Shown piece by piece: positions 12,885 through 25,817 of a stretch of 64,000 nucleotides of DNA. The first letter of the stretch is position 1; every line of letters begins with the position of its first letter. Origin of the DNA: Ruditapes philippinarum. Taxonomy: Eukaryota. The DNA lies in contig NW_026865957.1 in NCBI RefSeq assembly GCF_026571515.1, positions 186,001 through 250,000 on the forward strand. The letters run 5' to 3'. The notes beneath the pieces were generated by a model. The model saw nothing but the letters and a program-made list of their open reading frames with translations, was not told where the DNA came from and made no database searches. Position numbers and translations under genes: made by a program.

Positions 12885-15537
12885 AAAAGGTCATAACTTT
12901 ATTTACAGATTTGATTCATACTTGGACAAAAGAATACATATCAAAAACCACATGATTAATAATATGACATGGACCTTTATTTGACAAGGTCAAGTCATTG
13001 AAATTTGCTTAACTTGTCATATCTTTTGCTATTTTCTTACAAAATTTGATTCGTACTTGGCCAAAAGAACGCATATGCCAAAACACACATGTGAATACAA
13101 ACATCACGTGATATCCTGTGAACGTTTAAAAAGTTTACATTTGTTCCCTTTATTTTACAGTGTGGCCATACCCACGTGACATTGACGTCATTTTCGGCAT
13201 CATTTCCAAGACAAATATTGCTCGATTCGGACAAGAAAATAGTCATAAATATTTTATTTTTGTACCAATTTCTTTAGGATATGCACCAGTCTACGGGGAA
13301 AAATATAAGCTTTCCACAGAATATTGGATAATCGTCAGTTTATAAGCCATTTTATCAAACACTTTGCATAACCTTGAAAGTTGCTTGTATTAGAGCGGGC
13401 TTCAGTTGCAAGCTATTTCGTTTTCTGGCGTTATCTGGTCTACGCCATGAATAAAGTCAGGTTTACATCAACCGGGAGTACGGAAGGCAAAACTCTACCT
13501 AAATATGTTCATATTTGTATTATGAATGACATAAATCTTACATTTTTCTTCAATTGTCAATTCTGGCACCAATTCCAAGTCGAAAAAAAGGACTACAGTT
13601 TAAAGCAGATTTTAGAATCCGTTGCAAATGCTAAGCAACATGCCTACCGTTCTCTTTCTACAATTTAGGTTATCATTGTTGATCTTTCACAGAGAGATTG
13701 TGAAAAAACTGATTGTTCCTTAAAGCAATAACACTTATACTTGTATCGCAATAGTGCACGTCAAATCACTTAGATTTAGTCCTGTCGGAAAATAATATTT
13801 TGGTTTCGTTTTGAAGATGTTTTAAGTATTGCTCATCTTATCCTATGTAGTAAAATGTGTTTCATTCTATTTCACAATGGCGAAATTGATAAGAAATATA
13901 TGTGCTCTCAGTAAGAGAAAGAGTTAAAATAAAAAAACACGTTTGTATGCTAATGAAAGGGTTACACTTTAACGCGAGTGTTGTAAAGCTAAAGGTATTT
14001 TTTCACTTTATTTTTGTCAAGAGTTACTGACAAACACTGACACTATTGAATGTGACAAATAGGTTTTTCTGTCCTCAAAAGAGAGACTTTTAAAGGTTTA
14101 TATTTTTTCTGGAATTGTATAATAAATTTCTATAGAGTTTGATAAACGAAATCACAATTTGAACTTGGAACTTTGCCGTGTAAATCTGATAGTATTGTTA
14201 CTTAGTTGCATTACTTATGATTCTCTATTTATCAAAAATACCCAAAATAGCCATGAATAAGAACGAGAATGGACGCCATGTGGAGTAAACAAAGTAGAAA
14301 ATAGTAAACAGATAAATGATTTTACAAACCAATAGCCATCGATCACAGTCAAATTTCTTGAAAACAAAACATTCAAAAAGACGGAAATAACAATGATTAT
14401 CAATAATTATATAAATATTTACATTAACATCTGTAATAGCAACATCGGCAAGATCTAAGACTAGGGTCCATATGACACTGATGCGTCCATTGAATAATTG
14501 ACAGCTAACAATTGCGATTACATTTGAAGAGTATATTCAAATTTTATCCTTCAACTGTCAAATGACTTACTGCTTTATTTACATATCAGATAATTCACTT
14601 ATTTAGTATATGCGTCATGTTTATCTTGTGTTAGATTTTAATGTGTGGTCCGTTTTTAAATCGTAAAATGCTACAAAAAGCCAGTTGAGGACATCTGCAG
14701 GTCATGCCGCGTGTAATAATCCATGCATTTACAGCCAATGACCACATCGATAAGAAATAGTCCCAAATAGCCCTATCGTTTTTATTCAGTTGAAAGAGAC
14801 ATTATTGTTAAAAAGGTTCTACTCGATTTAAATGTTTTCAAACCATAAATATTCCGTTCCCTTCCTCTCTTTACAATGTATATTGGTGAGCTCTCTGATA
14901 AAGCTGAGTTGACTGATATAATTAACTAAATTTGTCAGATATGCAGTTTATCAACAGAAATAGCATTATTCCTTCCTAGTTGTGTGCCGACTCTATAGAT
15001 GCCGAGACAAATCCTCTAACGTTAGATGTCCACAATTTTAATGGGTTGAAGGAAGGGAATATAACAACATTAAACCTATAGTTGGCGCGATGTATTTGGC
15101 AATCACTAAGCAATTGAAGGCTGTATTTTTTTACTGTGCAAATCTTAGCCTCAGACTACGTATTTTTAGGGGAAAAACAAACAACAAACCAATTGTTGCA
15201 TGTATTTTGATTAAGTTTTAAGTAATGAAAATAAAAAGGAAAACAGGAAAATAAAACATTGCAATTTTCTTCGAAAGAATAAAATATAATATGCACCGAG
15301 TTCCCTTTCATGATTCCGTGACTATTTCATGACGTCAATGCTAAATTATTTGTATATATTCCACAAAATTATAAATTAAAATGCTTTATAGAGCAAAATC
15401 ATCAAAAATTCTCCTTGATATCGCGCCGTTTTGTCTCTATTTCTCACGGTTGACTAATCTCAAATTAATTGCATATCTTGGAATAAGTGTATCTTTATAC
15501 CAAGTGTTTCAATAAAATCCTTCACTGTGTAAGCATG

Positions 15538-16246
15538 TATGGTGGCTGATTTACGCCTCGTATTTTCTTCTTTTTTTCGCCCCGTTGTAGTACCATCACA
15601 TTCTCAAGGCGAACAGTAAAATACGACAAAAGTAGAAAGATAATACGACACATACAATATGTCGTGTTTTTGCATTGCATCTGCCGTGATTTGCCATTTT
15701 TTTGCGACTTTGTCGTGTTTTCGCATTGCTAGACTTGGCTTTTTCGCATTGCTACATTTGTGCATTTTCGAGATCCGATTGTATAAGTGCATGGGCACAT
15801 CATTAGCAACAGAAAGAGCTTACAAAATGTGATGACCTAACTCTCAATAAAATATTTATATTTATAAATTTATTCGAACCAATGTAGTTTGACGAATTAT
15901 CAACTTAGATTTGACATTATACGTACTTTTACATACAGCACATGTAAATTTTAATTTTAAAATGCGAAAAGGTCCAGTAAAAAAATGAAGTGCCAAAACG
16001 AAAAACGGAAAAAACAAACAATACAAAAAGCTCAATCGAAAAATATGTAATAAAATAAAGCAAAAACGGAAAAATAAAAAATACAAATTTCTAAAACATG
16101 AAAAGGGAAGGGTTTAAATTTTTTGTGAAAGTGTTTTTTCCCCCGGGAATGCAAAAATTTAAATCAAAAACTTTGTCGCATTTGTATTTTCTCATTTTAG
16201 TGGCGAAAAAAGTAAAAATACGACATTGCGAAAGTCAGCCTCCATA
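15538..16246. mobile_element. TA-flanked MITE-like element
   Basis: tatggtggctgatttacgc ... gcgaaagtcagcctccata inverted ends with internal cgaaaa/tttcg repeats. Confidence 0.65.
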
Positions 16247-16362
16247 CATATCTGGATGAAGAATATTTATGTTCTTGATATTGCCTCAAACTATTTCAGA
16301 CTACATAGCATCATCTTTATTTCATTATTAATTGTTATAACTATTCTATTCTACTCCCGCCG

Positions 16363-16863
16363 TTAATCGTTTTTATTCTCAACCACATCCTGGTGCACTT
16401 CTGTTGTGATTCTTAGAGAGAGGAGAAAATCCGCCAGAAAATCTTGATAAACGCACAAAACTAACCAGGCCGGGGCATAAACTAGCGTTATTAGACCCAT
16501 TAAGTTTAGGGGATAATGACTGTAATCCCAAGAGCAAGCGTCAAATTGTCTTAGAACAAGCCCGAACATGAATTCCCATGTGTATAGTATGCATAGATAA
16601 ATCGGAAGTCTAAAGTACCACTGTACACCGTGTTGTAGATATATGTACACATATAATCTCTCCACAACGAAACTACAACTTCCATAGATAAGAAATGAGA
16701 ACAACGTGCTGTAGCCCTTTAGCTGAGAGTTCCCCTGAGGCTCGAACAGTAGGTCAAATATTGCAGTGAAAACAATTTCATCCAGAAATCCTTGCATCCC
16801 ATAAACGTAGAAACGAAGCCAAGCCGGAAGTGGCTTCGACACTGTGCTAACTTTCTTCTTCAT
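16363..16863 (-). CDS. TMEM229: TMEM229-family multi-pass membrane protein, 166 aa, single coding exon; sequence closest to TMEM229A-type domain
   Basis: ORF with motifs LPAWLRFYVYGMQGFLDEI, YGSCSFVVE, YTWEF and ACSWDYSHYPLNLMGLITL.Y, recognised from TMEM229A/B. A splice acceptor (ttttcag) lies 2 nt before the ATG, so an upstream exon exists. Confidence 0.9.
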   Translation of the reverse strand: MKKKVSTVSKPLPAWLRFYVYGMQGFLDEIVFTAIFDLLFEPQGNSQLKGYSTLFSFLIYGSCSFVVERLYVYIYLQHGVQWYFRLPIYLCILYTWEFMFGLVLRQFDACSWDYSHYPLNLMGLITLVYAPAWLVLCVYQDFLADFLLSLRITTEVHQDVVENKND

Positions 16864-17134
16864 CGCTGAAAAATTTTGACACTTTTTTTTAAATAACAGA
16901 ATTGTATAAAGCGAACTATTACAATCTCTAATAACTAGCTTATTGAAATAACATATTGTTTTGTGCTTTGAGATTTTATACTAAAAAATCCCACTCATTT
17001 CCAACATCAGTTTAAAATGCAAAAATGGCACACTGTAAAAGACTTAATGTTTTATATTGAATGTACTAACTGTACACACTGTTAGTGCAATTCTTGATCC
17101 CCCGAGGTAGGCAATATGGTATTATACTATAAAG

Positions 17135-17893
17135 TACGGAATACCGTTAGAGCTATTGCTTGAGAGTGTGCTAGTCTGAAAAGCGATACTCAACAGTACG
17201 ATAATTAACACGAAAATGCTATCATAATTACTTTTATTCAGCATTTTCGCTATAAAATTGTATTTATTTATAAATATTTTTCAAAACACACATCCTTACC
17301 ATATGTAATAAAAACCGAAACGGTCATAAAGTATTAATTTAAATTAATTTAAAATTAATTAAAATATATGTGAAATAAAAAAAATTATTTGATTTGTTAA
17401 ATGCCGCAAGACATGTGATTTAATTCTTACATGAATGTCAAACAAAGAATGAATTTTCTTCAATTCTAGCCAAGAAGATAATAACGAAAGAACGTCCACG
17501 TGATAAAATACAGCGCGACAATATGATAATACGATGACGCGACAGCATGATGATAAGTCAACACGGCAGTACTATTATACGACAAAACGACACTGCGATA
17601 ATTCGTCAACGAGACCGTAAGATAATACGACAATGAGATAATACGACAACGCACAGGTACGATAAAACGCTAATGCAATGGTTCGATAACGGAAACACGA
17701 CACTATTGCATTATTATTATCGTAAAATCGTACTGACTGGTTTCCGTCATCGTACGGTCGTATTATCGTTCTAGTACAGTCTTTTTCATCATTATTGTAC
17801 TGTCGCGATTTCGTACTTTCATAATCGAACTGTGATCAGTTTTGCATTTTAGAACAACACACTCTTTGGCGATGGCCCAAACAGTATTCCGTA
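17135..17893. mobile_element. TA-flanked MITE-like element with acga-rich internal repeats
   Basis: tacggaataccgtt...gagagtgtg / cacactct...aacagtattccgta inverted ends; internal repeats switch orientation near 17700. Confidence 0.7.
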
Positions 17894-20800
17894 ACTATTG
17901 TTAAAGACTACACGAATAACCGTTATGTGTTGCCACAATAAAACATTTATTTCAATATAATTTATTAAGTTCTATACGAATATGACAGTGCATGCAATAT
18001 CATAGTAAAAGATGTTAATTTATTTTTTAATTATTAAATATATCACGGTTAACTTACAAAGTCATGACCCAAAGAAGGTTTACTCTTTCTTAAAAAAAGG
18101 ATTTGTGAATGGGTCATGTTTGCCAAAAAGAAGTTCTTTATTAGGACATACCTATACAAACGATTCGATTAACAATAAAGAATTAACAAGGTTTAAGTTT
18201 CATTAGTTTTAGAACTGTGAAAATCTTAAATCCACCGGCGGAAGTGGTTTTTACAAGAATACAAAAAGAGCTTAAGAAAATCATGCGCTTATTTAAACCA
18301 TATATAAGAAAGAGTAAAAACTTTATACATACTTTCAAATTAGGATTCCTTTGATCTCAAAATATACCCTGTTAACCTTGTAGTCGATCGATCAACAATG
18401 TATAGTAAAACCAATTGCTTAATTCAATTCAAAAGAATGATTCCCAAATGGGACTTCTATTATACTAATCAAGCTTTCCGATGATCAAAATAAAATTAAT
18501 AAAAATCGAGTGAAGTCTTTAATACGTAGATATAATTATACACAGTCGTTCTTAAAGCACTTCAAAATAGTTTGTATAGTATACATTTTTTTGGTAATTA
18601 TAGCCAATCATTAATGCACTGGGAATATCCAATATCCAATTTTTCTGTGTATACATGTACGTATATGATACACCTTGTAAATCGACATGTATATTTACTT
18701 AATGTCGAGACTTTAAAGCGCGACTATTATTTGACCTGTGCTATGCAAACACAACGGCAATCTTTTGATCAATTTGTGACAAGTGAAAGTTTAAAATAAA
18801 TTCAGATTTCTTCTCTCAAATAAAAAAAGTATCAGTCCAACTCTTAATCCTAAAAAGACAACAATATTATGCATGCATGCATGGTATAAGATAAATTTAC
18901 TAGAACATGGGTTTGAAAGAAAGTATGTATTCAAGTTTTTACATGTACTGTAGCATATCAATACGTTTTAATAATTAATTAATACATATTGAAAGCCAAT
19001 GGTCTATGCCTGGTTTATGTTATATCGGGTTTATTGCCAACGTTGTTACGGTTTTTGTTGTAAAGATGTTTTTACCGTGTCATTCAAAGCTAATTCTGTA
19101 TAATCCGTTATTTTTTTTTATCTGTCTATGACGTAAACAATTCGTATCGAAACCTTCCTTTATTTGCAACATTCAACCTTTTTGCACCACCATACGAAAA
19201 TTCATACATTTTGTGTTTTCGTCCTTTCACAATTTCGTCCCACCACAAGGGAAACAATAATTTGTCATGTAATGGCGCGAAAGTGTGACAGGTCAAAAAC
19301 GCGACGTGAACTTACGAAAACATTTTACGTCAAAACATCTGCCGTTTCTTCCCGAATTCGTGGTTGCCAGGCAAAAGTAGGGGGGGGGGAGAGACACAGT
19401 TTCAACTCCCGAAACCATTCTATGACAATACATTTATTTGTTTGCTAGGAAAATATGAATTTTGGCCTACTTTCACTTTGGACAGACGTGCAGACTTAGT
19501 GAAACAAACATGGCTGACAAAGCGGAATCACATTAAGTAACATTATTACGTGGTACAAGAACGCTTTTTCACATTAGCATTAAATAATATAAAATAAAAC
19601 CTTTCAGTTGATTGTGATAACTCTTCTTAATTACATTAACATCCAAACAATTCAAACAATAATAAGTCCACATTTTCATTTTTTTTACACAGACTGATAA
19701 CCAATCAATCGTTCAGCATGGGAATATTTTGATCTGCGAACCACAAAATGAATAATAAATTATTGTTGGGTTGCTACAGTGCACGTGTTTCCCACAAAGT
19801 TGTATACATTTGCTTTTGAAGTTTAATTAATCAATATAAATAATCCTACTGACGTATTTTAAAACAGCTGCGCTGATACAAAGTAGTAAGGTAAGTATAA
19901 GTTTAACAATATGCACGAGATTCCCTTGCAGCTTTGTCCTTGTTTACATACAGCGTTCTACATGCAGGGAATGAGCAGAAATCAAAGCTATTATATACAA
20001 CTATACCCTAAACAAAGCTATATTAAGAATACACCTTTAAATATTAATAACCGCCCCATTAATAACTGATACCTTCCACGTGGATTTATTGCAGCTGAAA
20101 TATACGGTGTCCTGGTTGCGCCAGTTATAGGACATTTATTGACATTAAAGTCTTATGCCGCTCTTCTGTATTTTTTTAGATAAAGAAGCAAGATTTTACA
20201 TTCTCGCGCCATTCAACGTTAAACTTAACATATATGCTAGTAGTTTCGCTCTATATTACCTTTTGTATCGGAAGGATAATTTATGTGTATTAACAGTTCA
20301 AGTACAAAATAGAGATTCCGGACAAATTGCATGTGCTAAAAGACTTTGGCTCATTTGTCTAGTCTCATAATTATCCTCCCTTTCATAATCAATTGCAAAT
20401 AATTATTTAATAAACACATTTTCTTGTTTTCGAACAAAAAAAAGAAAGATGTAAGGGAAACAACTCATTTTCAGTGCAGTATTTAATTCTTTCTTGAGTT
20501 ATTTCCCTTTAAAATATATCGCCTGTTGACCATGTGAGAACCAACAGATACTGACCATTGATAAACAACACACTGGAAATTGCTTTCTTTAATTTTACCT
20601 CCTTTATTTTGCTAACCTTCGTATTGTTAATAACAGGTTAAGCACGAGAGTTATATTCGACGTTGCGAATGCTTTTTGCCGTATAGTGCACCACGATCTC
20701 CACTATGATCGATGCTCTTTTCGAACGGATCCAAGCAGGGCGTGACGCTGCGGCTCGTGTGACCCTGTTAGTTCGGACGAAGTCCATTTCTTACAAACCA

Positions 20801-22112
20801 GAAATTTCCAACCTTACCGGGTAATGCACCCTACAGTGACGTTTCATCACTATTATATTCTATCAAAGTCGACTGGAAACCATCAAGATTCTCTTATCCT
20901 ATTTAACTAAGAGTCAGAATGTATTAGTCTGATACAAAAAAAATTGAAATTGAACATCTTAAGATGTGTAAAACTGTAAAAAGAAAATATATACTAACAT
21001 AAATTATCACATACCTTTTCCGATTTTACGACTCGGTAAAAATCGTTTTGCACGGCCGTGCACATATTTTGACGTGACGTCATTTGCGTTATTCAAACAT
21101 AGCGTAAAGACGCGCAAAATGTTATCGTTACACTATAGGCGCGTCAATGTAAAAATATTATTTTGCACTTTGAACCGTCTTTATTTTGGGTACAGTATGT
21201 GGTAAAAAAATTATATTCGTGTAGGTTCATTACTAAATGTATTGAACTCTTTGAATGAAATAATATTTTGCTGGCCAAAGGCTCGTAAAATATAATATTA
21301 TTCAACTCGTTCAATAAATTCAGTTCTCATTCAATTTACTCTTTATAATGGTAGAGAATTTACACCATTACTACTGCTGAATAATTCATTTTTCAGTTTT
21401 ATTTAAACCAATGCATGGGCAAATAATAGTCATTAACAGTATTATTTAAAACAACTCAATGCAATTATGGCTACATATTAAATAATCACACATTATATCG
21501 AGAATAGTGCAAAGATATTACATACATAAACATTGATTCTCATAATTATTCGGTGAACCTTTTCTCAGAGTTGGTAATATTTTTAGTTCCTGGTCACTTC
21601 GATGCTTATGTATTCAACAAAAGAGACCGGAAGTGGCAAAAGATATCGAGTTGTTATGAGTTAATCAAATGTTTTATTAGGCACGTGATAGCACATTACG
21701 AAACAACTAAATATTTCTTCAGATTTATGCTAATTTTCCTGAAAATTTTGAAAAAATGTATTTAAAAGTTCAATATTGTGAATTGAACAAAGAAAATAAT
21801 TTACATATTGCAAACGGCACATACAATCCGATTACTAAAAAGAGGTCAAAATATGCAAAAGCAGGCCTTATTGCGTTAGTCACGCAGACGAAATATGGCT
21901 AAATCATTCATTAATCGCGCATAACATGTAAATTATTACTTGAATCTTGATTTTTTTTCTGTTCACATGTTTTTCAAGTTAGATTTCCATGAAATATTTT
22001 AGCTCATCTGGAGGTATGCAGCTTTAATTTCAGAATGAAGTTTAACTGTTTTATTCGTTGTAGCCTTGATCTCGGTCTGAACAAATGTGCCCGGTGATGT
22101 TTGTTTTCGGTT

Positions 22113-23052
22113 TTAGTACTTCGGTCGGTAGGCGGGATCATATCCGGGACCTGTATGCGGAGGAGGATACGTTTGTGGCTGTGGATAACCCGGTTGGAAG
22201 CTGGAACCACCTGGTGGTGGTCCTGGGTAGCTTGGCGGAGGACCTTGCGGATGTGGTTCTAAAATATTAAAGAGAATGTGTGACAGTAAATTTACGACAT
22301 GTTTCTTATAAGATTGTTAAAAATATTACTTACTCATGCGATGTGACATTTTTTAACATTGGGCTATTATTTTAAATCGTTTTGGTCTTAAAATAAATAA
22401 TTGTCTAAGATGGGGATTAAGTAGAATTTTATAGAAACTGTACCAATTAAATAAACAAACTTAATAAAGAAAAACACTTATTACATTAACTTGCTCTAAA
22501 TGACGTCATGATTTAATATTAAAACATGAATTTCACCAAAAAACAAGGCGACAAAGCGGGCTTTAAAGAAACGGTGCAGAATCTGTAACATATTACTTAC
22601 GATACGCAGGAGGTTGAACAACTGTCACTCTTGTCGCGTGTTGTGGAGATGGGTTTATAACACTTCCACGTTGTTTTTTCTTCTTACATATGTAAACCAG
22701 CACGACAATCACAGCCACTATAAATATTGTCCCGAACACGGCGCCGGCCACAATACCGGTTATCGTACAACACCCATAGTCGTAGTCGTACTTGCTGCCG
22801 CAACATCCATACGTGCATTCGTAAGTCTCGCTGTAGTATATGTTATAACAGCTGTCACCTGATGCTCCTACCGGAAGGAAAGACAATAATAGGTTATTAA
22901 TTAGTGAAAACAATCGGATAACTTCCGGCATGTCCGTTTTTTCGTATACTCAGTATGTCTGAGTTGGTCAGATATGCACCAATCCCAATATTAAGTACGA
23001 AACATATTTATATGATTATGTCACATTGTGTCATGTAGTTTTGTTGTGTGTT

Positions 23053-23108
<56 letters not shown>

Positions 23109-23952
23109 TATTATTATTATTATTATTCAATAAGTATCCTAAAAACGCCTCAATTTTAAAGCAGGTGTATGCGTCATTTCTTATGATGTAAAGCCATGGG
23201 ACAATTGTATTCTTACTACATGTAGCAATTACACTTTATTTATAACAGGAATTTGTGCGAGTTTTGTTATTAAATAGCAAGCTAAACCTGAAGATATGTA
23301 CAAATAGTGATGAAGAATAAGGTCATTTTATAATTTATGTATGTTTACAAAACCAACATAATGGGTTTGCGATCAGCATGGATCCAGACCAGCCTGCGCA
23401 TCCGCGCAGTCTGATCAGGATCCATGCTGTTCGCTATCAGTTTCTCTACTTGTAATAGGGTTAGTAAGCGAACAGCATGGATCCTGATCAGACTGCGCGG
23501 AAGCGCAGGCTGGTCTGGATCCTTGCTGGTCGCAAACGCACTATGTGGGTTTTGTCATGACGGGGCTCATATTAATGTTATTCAACGTGCTAAATGAATC
23601 ATAAAGTAATAGATAACCAGCCAATATGTACACTGCACTTTGGTTATATAACTATAACATATGGCCAGTTTTTAATATAGCAAATCGTATACAATTGAGA
23701 TTGTAATTTCAAAGACCACACGATCGGACAATATAAGATAAATCTTTGTTTCCGCTTCAAGGCCCCGTGAAATGATTTTAAAGATGGCAAGTAGCTTCTT
23801 GTTTAAGAAAGTCAACGAAAAAATCGTTATAACATAATTACGTAATTCTTTTTATTGTTTACTGAATGATTAATCAAATAAAATAAGTTATTACCTTGAA
23901 GAAACAGCAATATTGATAAAATAAATGTCGAAGTAAATAATAGAAAATCCAT
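22113..23952 (-). CDS. Shisa-like/CYYR1-like single-pass PY-motif protein, gene A (156 aa); exons 23895-23952, 22601-22867, 22113-22258
   Basis: Signal exon MDFLLFTSTFILSILLFLQ|gt. Exon 2 has CYNIYYSETYECTYGCCGSKYDYDYGCC + TM + CKKKK. Exon 3 is Pro/Gly-rich with PPSY and ends YDPAYRPKY*. GT-AG phase-1 introns keep the frame open. Confidence 0.85.
23053..23126. repeat. Compound microsatellite (ATC)n(ATT)n in intron 1 of gene A
   Basis: Directly visible. Confidence 0.95.
23347..23570. mobile_element. Palindromic MITE (left end truncated)
   Basis: Same family as 26004-26242. Confidence 0.85.
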
Positions 23953-25817
23953 CTTTTGAATGATCGTAAATATTTAACAATTTCTTTTATTCATTTCGTT
24001 TTAAACGGCTTAGACATGTGCCTTAAGCTTATGATTTTACATGTTTAAAAGGTTACATTTTCTAATAAGCTTACGAAATAATAATCGTAATCGGTAATGT
24101 CCGTTCAATTTACAATGTATTTATTTTTATGAGAGACTTATGTTGTGTTTTCATCGGCCTCGCAGACACTACTTTTGATACGACAAATGCCAAAGTCGCA
24201 CGTGCAGACTACGTAATCTAACGAAATTAACCGAGTATCTGTTAATACTTCGGCCAATGTTTTTATAGATCAATAATATCAATACAATAATCAATATATA
24301 CACCAGTCATATATATACAAATGTATATATATATATTTCAGTATCAGCTTAAACAAAGTTAAACATACTAGAAAGTTCAAGTTTAATTTTTGTTTAACGG
24401 AGGAAACAGCCACGTTGATTCAATATTTATTATTATTATTATTATTATTATTTATAATTGTAATTATTATTATTATTTTAAATTAAGCCTAGTCTACTGG
24501 TTATATCAGTTATTACGCATGTTGATACTTTATACTCTGTTAGTTGAATATCCCCAAATTACGAAGATATAATTCCCAGTATTTTCAACGGATTTAATAA
24601 TTCTGAACATACCGCCCTAGAAATATTCTGCTCAACTTTCGAATGAATGATCACAAACATCCTAGTTTCAGTCGATCGATCGGGTACTCCACTGTGGTAT
24701 TTTGACATGACCATGACGGAACTGTAAATTCTTCTGAGATTTTTATACTACTTGATGTGGGTTTGGTCCTATAACTTGTATGCACATTTTCAGATCATTC
24801 CTTTGCCCTGTTTTTTTCCCCAAGCATAATAATTTTAATGCGAAAAAAGACCCTAAAACGAAAAGCGTTGCAAAATCGACCTAACCGTACACAAAAATCG
24901 ATTTTCAATTTAATTGAGTATATATTTTTATTTTCCTTTGCAGGATTGTCCAATTAAGTGGTTGGCATGATCTTTTTAAGAATGTCAATCAAATTTTATG
25001 TTTTTAGGCTGTTTGATCTCAAAAAAGCTCCTTTAATTGTCCAAATAATTCCATTTATATTTGACCGAGATTGAATAATCCCAGTTGTAAAAGATTTCGA
25101 TAATATTTGACCCCTATAAAACGAAACCGGGCCCTTTTAAACATTTAAATATTTTTTCTTGTTTTTTTTCCCTTCAAAACCCCTTTTAATTGTCTAGGCC
25201 ACAAACCGACAATGGGGGGGGCCCCGTGGGGTTAAAGTTAAGGTTGGGTTGGGCTTCAAAACCAAACCCCCACCCCCTTTGCCGAAGTGGGAACAAAAGA
25301 CTTTAAGATTCTCTCATGTTTAAAAAAGTTGTACAGAAAGCTTACGGAAGGTTTGGGGCCCTTTTAAAAGAGACCCTTTTTAGTCCTTAAAAATGCACGA
25401 ACGGAAGGGGACTCTGAGGTCCCAACCACTAAAATTTTGTTTGGGCAGGCACCCCAAAGAACTTTTCATTTTGGGGCCAAAAATTACATAGACCCGTTAC
25501 TATTTTAAAAATTCTAAAATCAAATCTAAAGGGAAAAGGGAAAAAAAAACAAATATAACAATAACGACGTTTTATTTTTCATATAAATAGTGAACATAAT
25601 ATGTTAATTAAATATATCAAAATCTCCTTTATAACTTTACAAATTTTTCGAGTAAACATCTGAAATATTTTTCGCAAACTATGGCCTCAAAATAAAATAA
25701 ATGTATAGTCTTAGGTTGCTATGTTATGTTCTAATAATTAAGTAATAAAGTTCTTATCCAATCATATTAAGGTATGTGACTTGATTCCATCACTGCTATA
25801 TGTAAGAACTTATATAT

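Larger units (their letters stand above)
10147..13100 (+). mobile_element. Older HINE-like element (ttagctcacctg start) hosting nested insertions; 3' limit approximate
   Basis: 5' tttttagctcacctgag terminus. Related ggtcaa/tgacctt-type repeats occur on both sides of the 10738-12884 insert. Confidence 0.5.
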
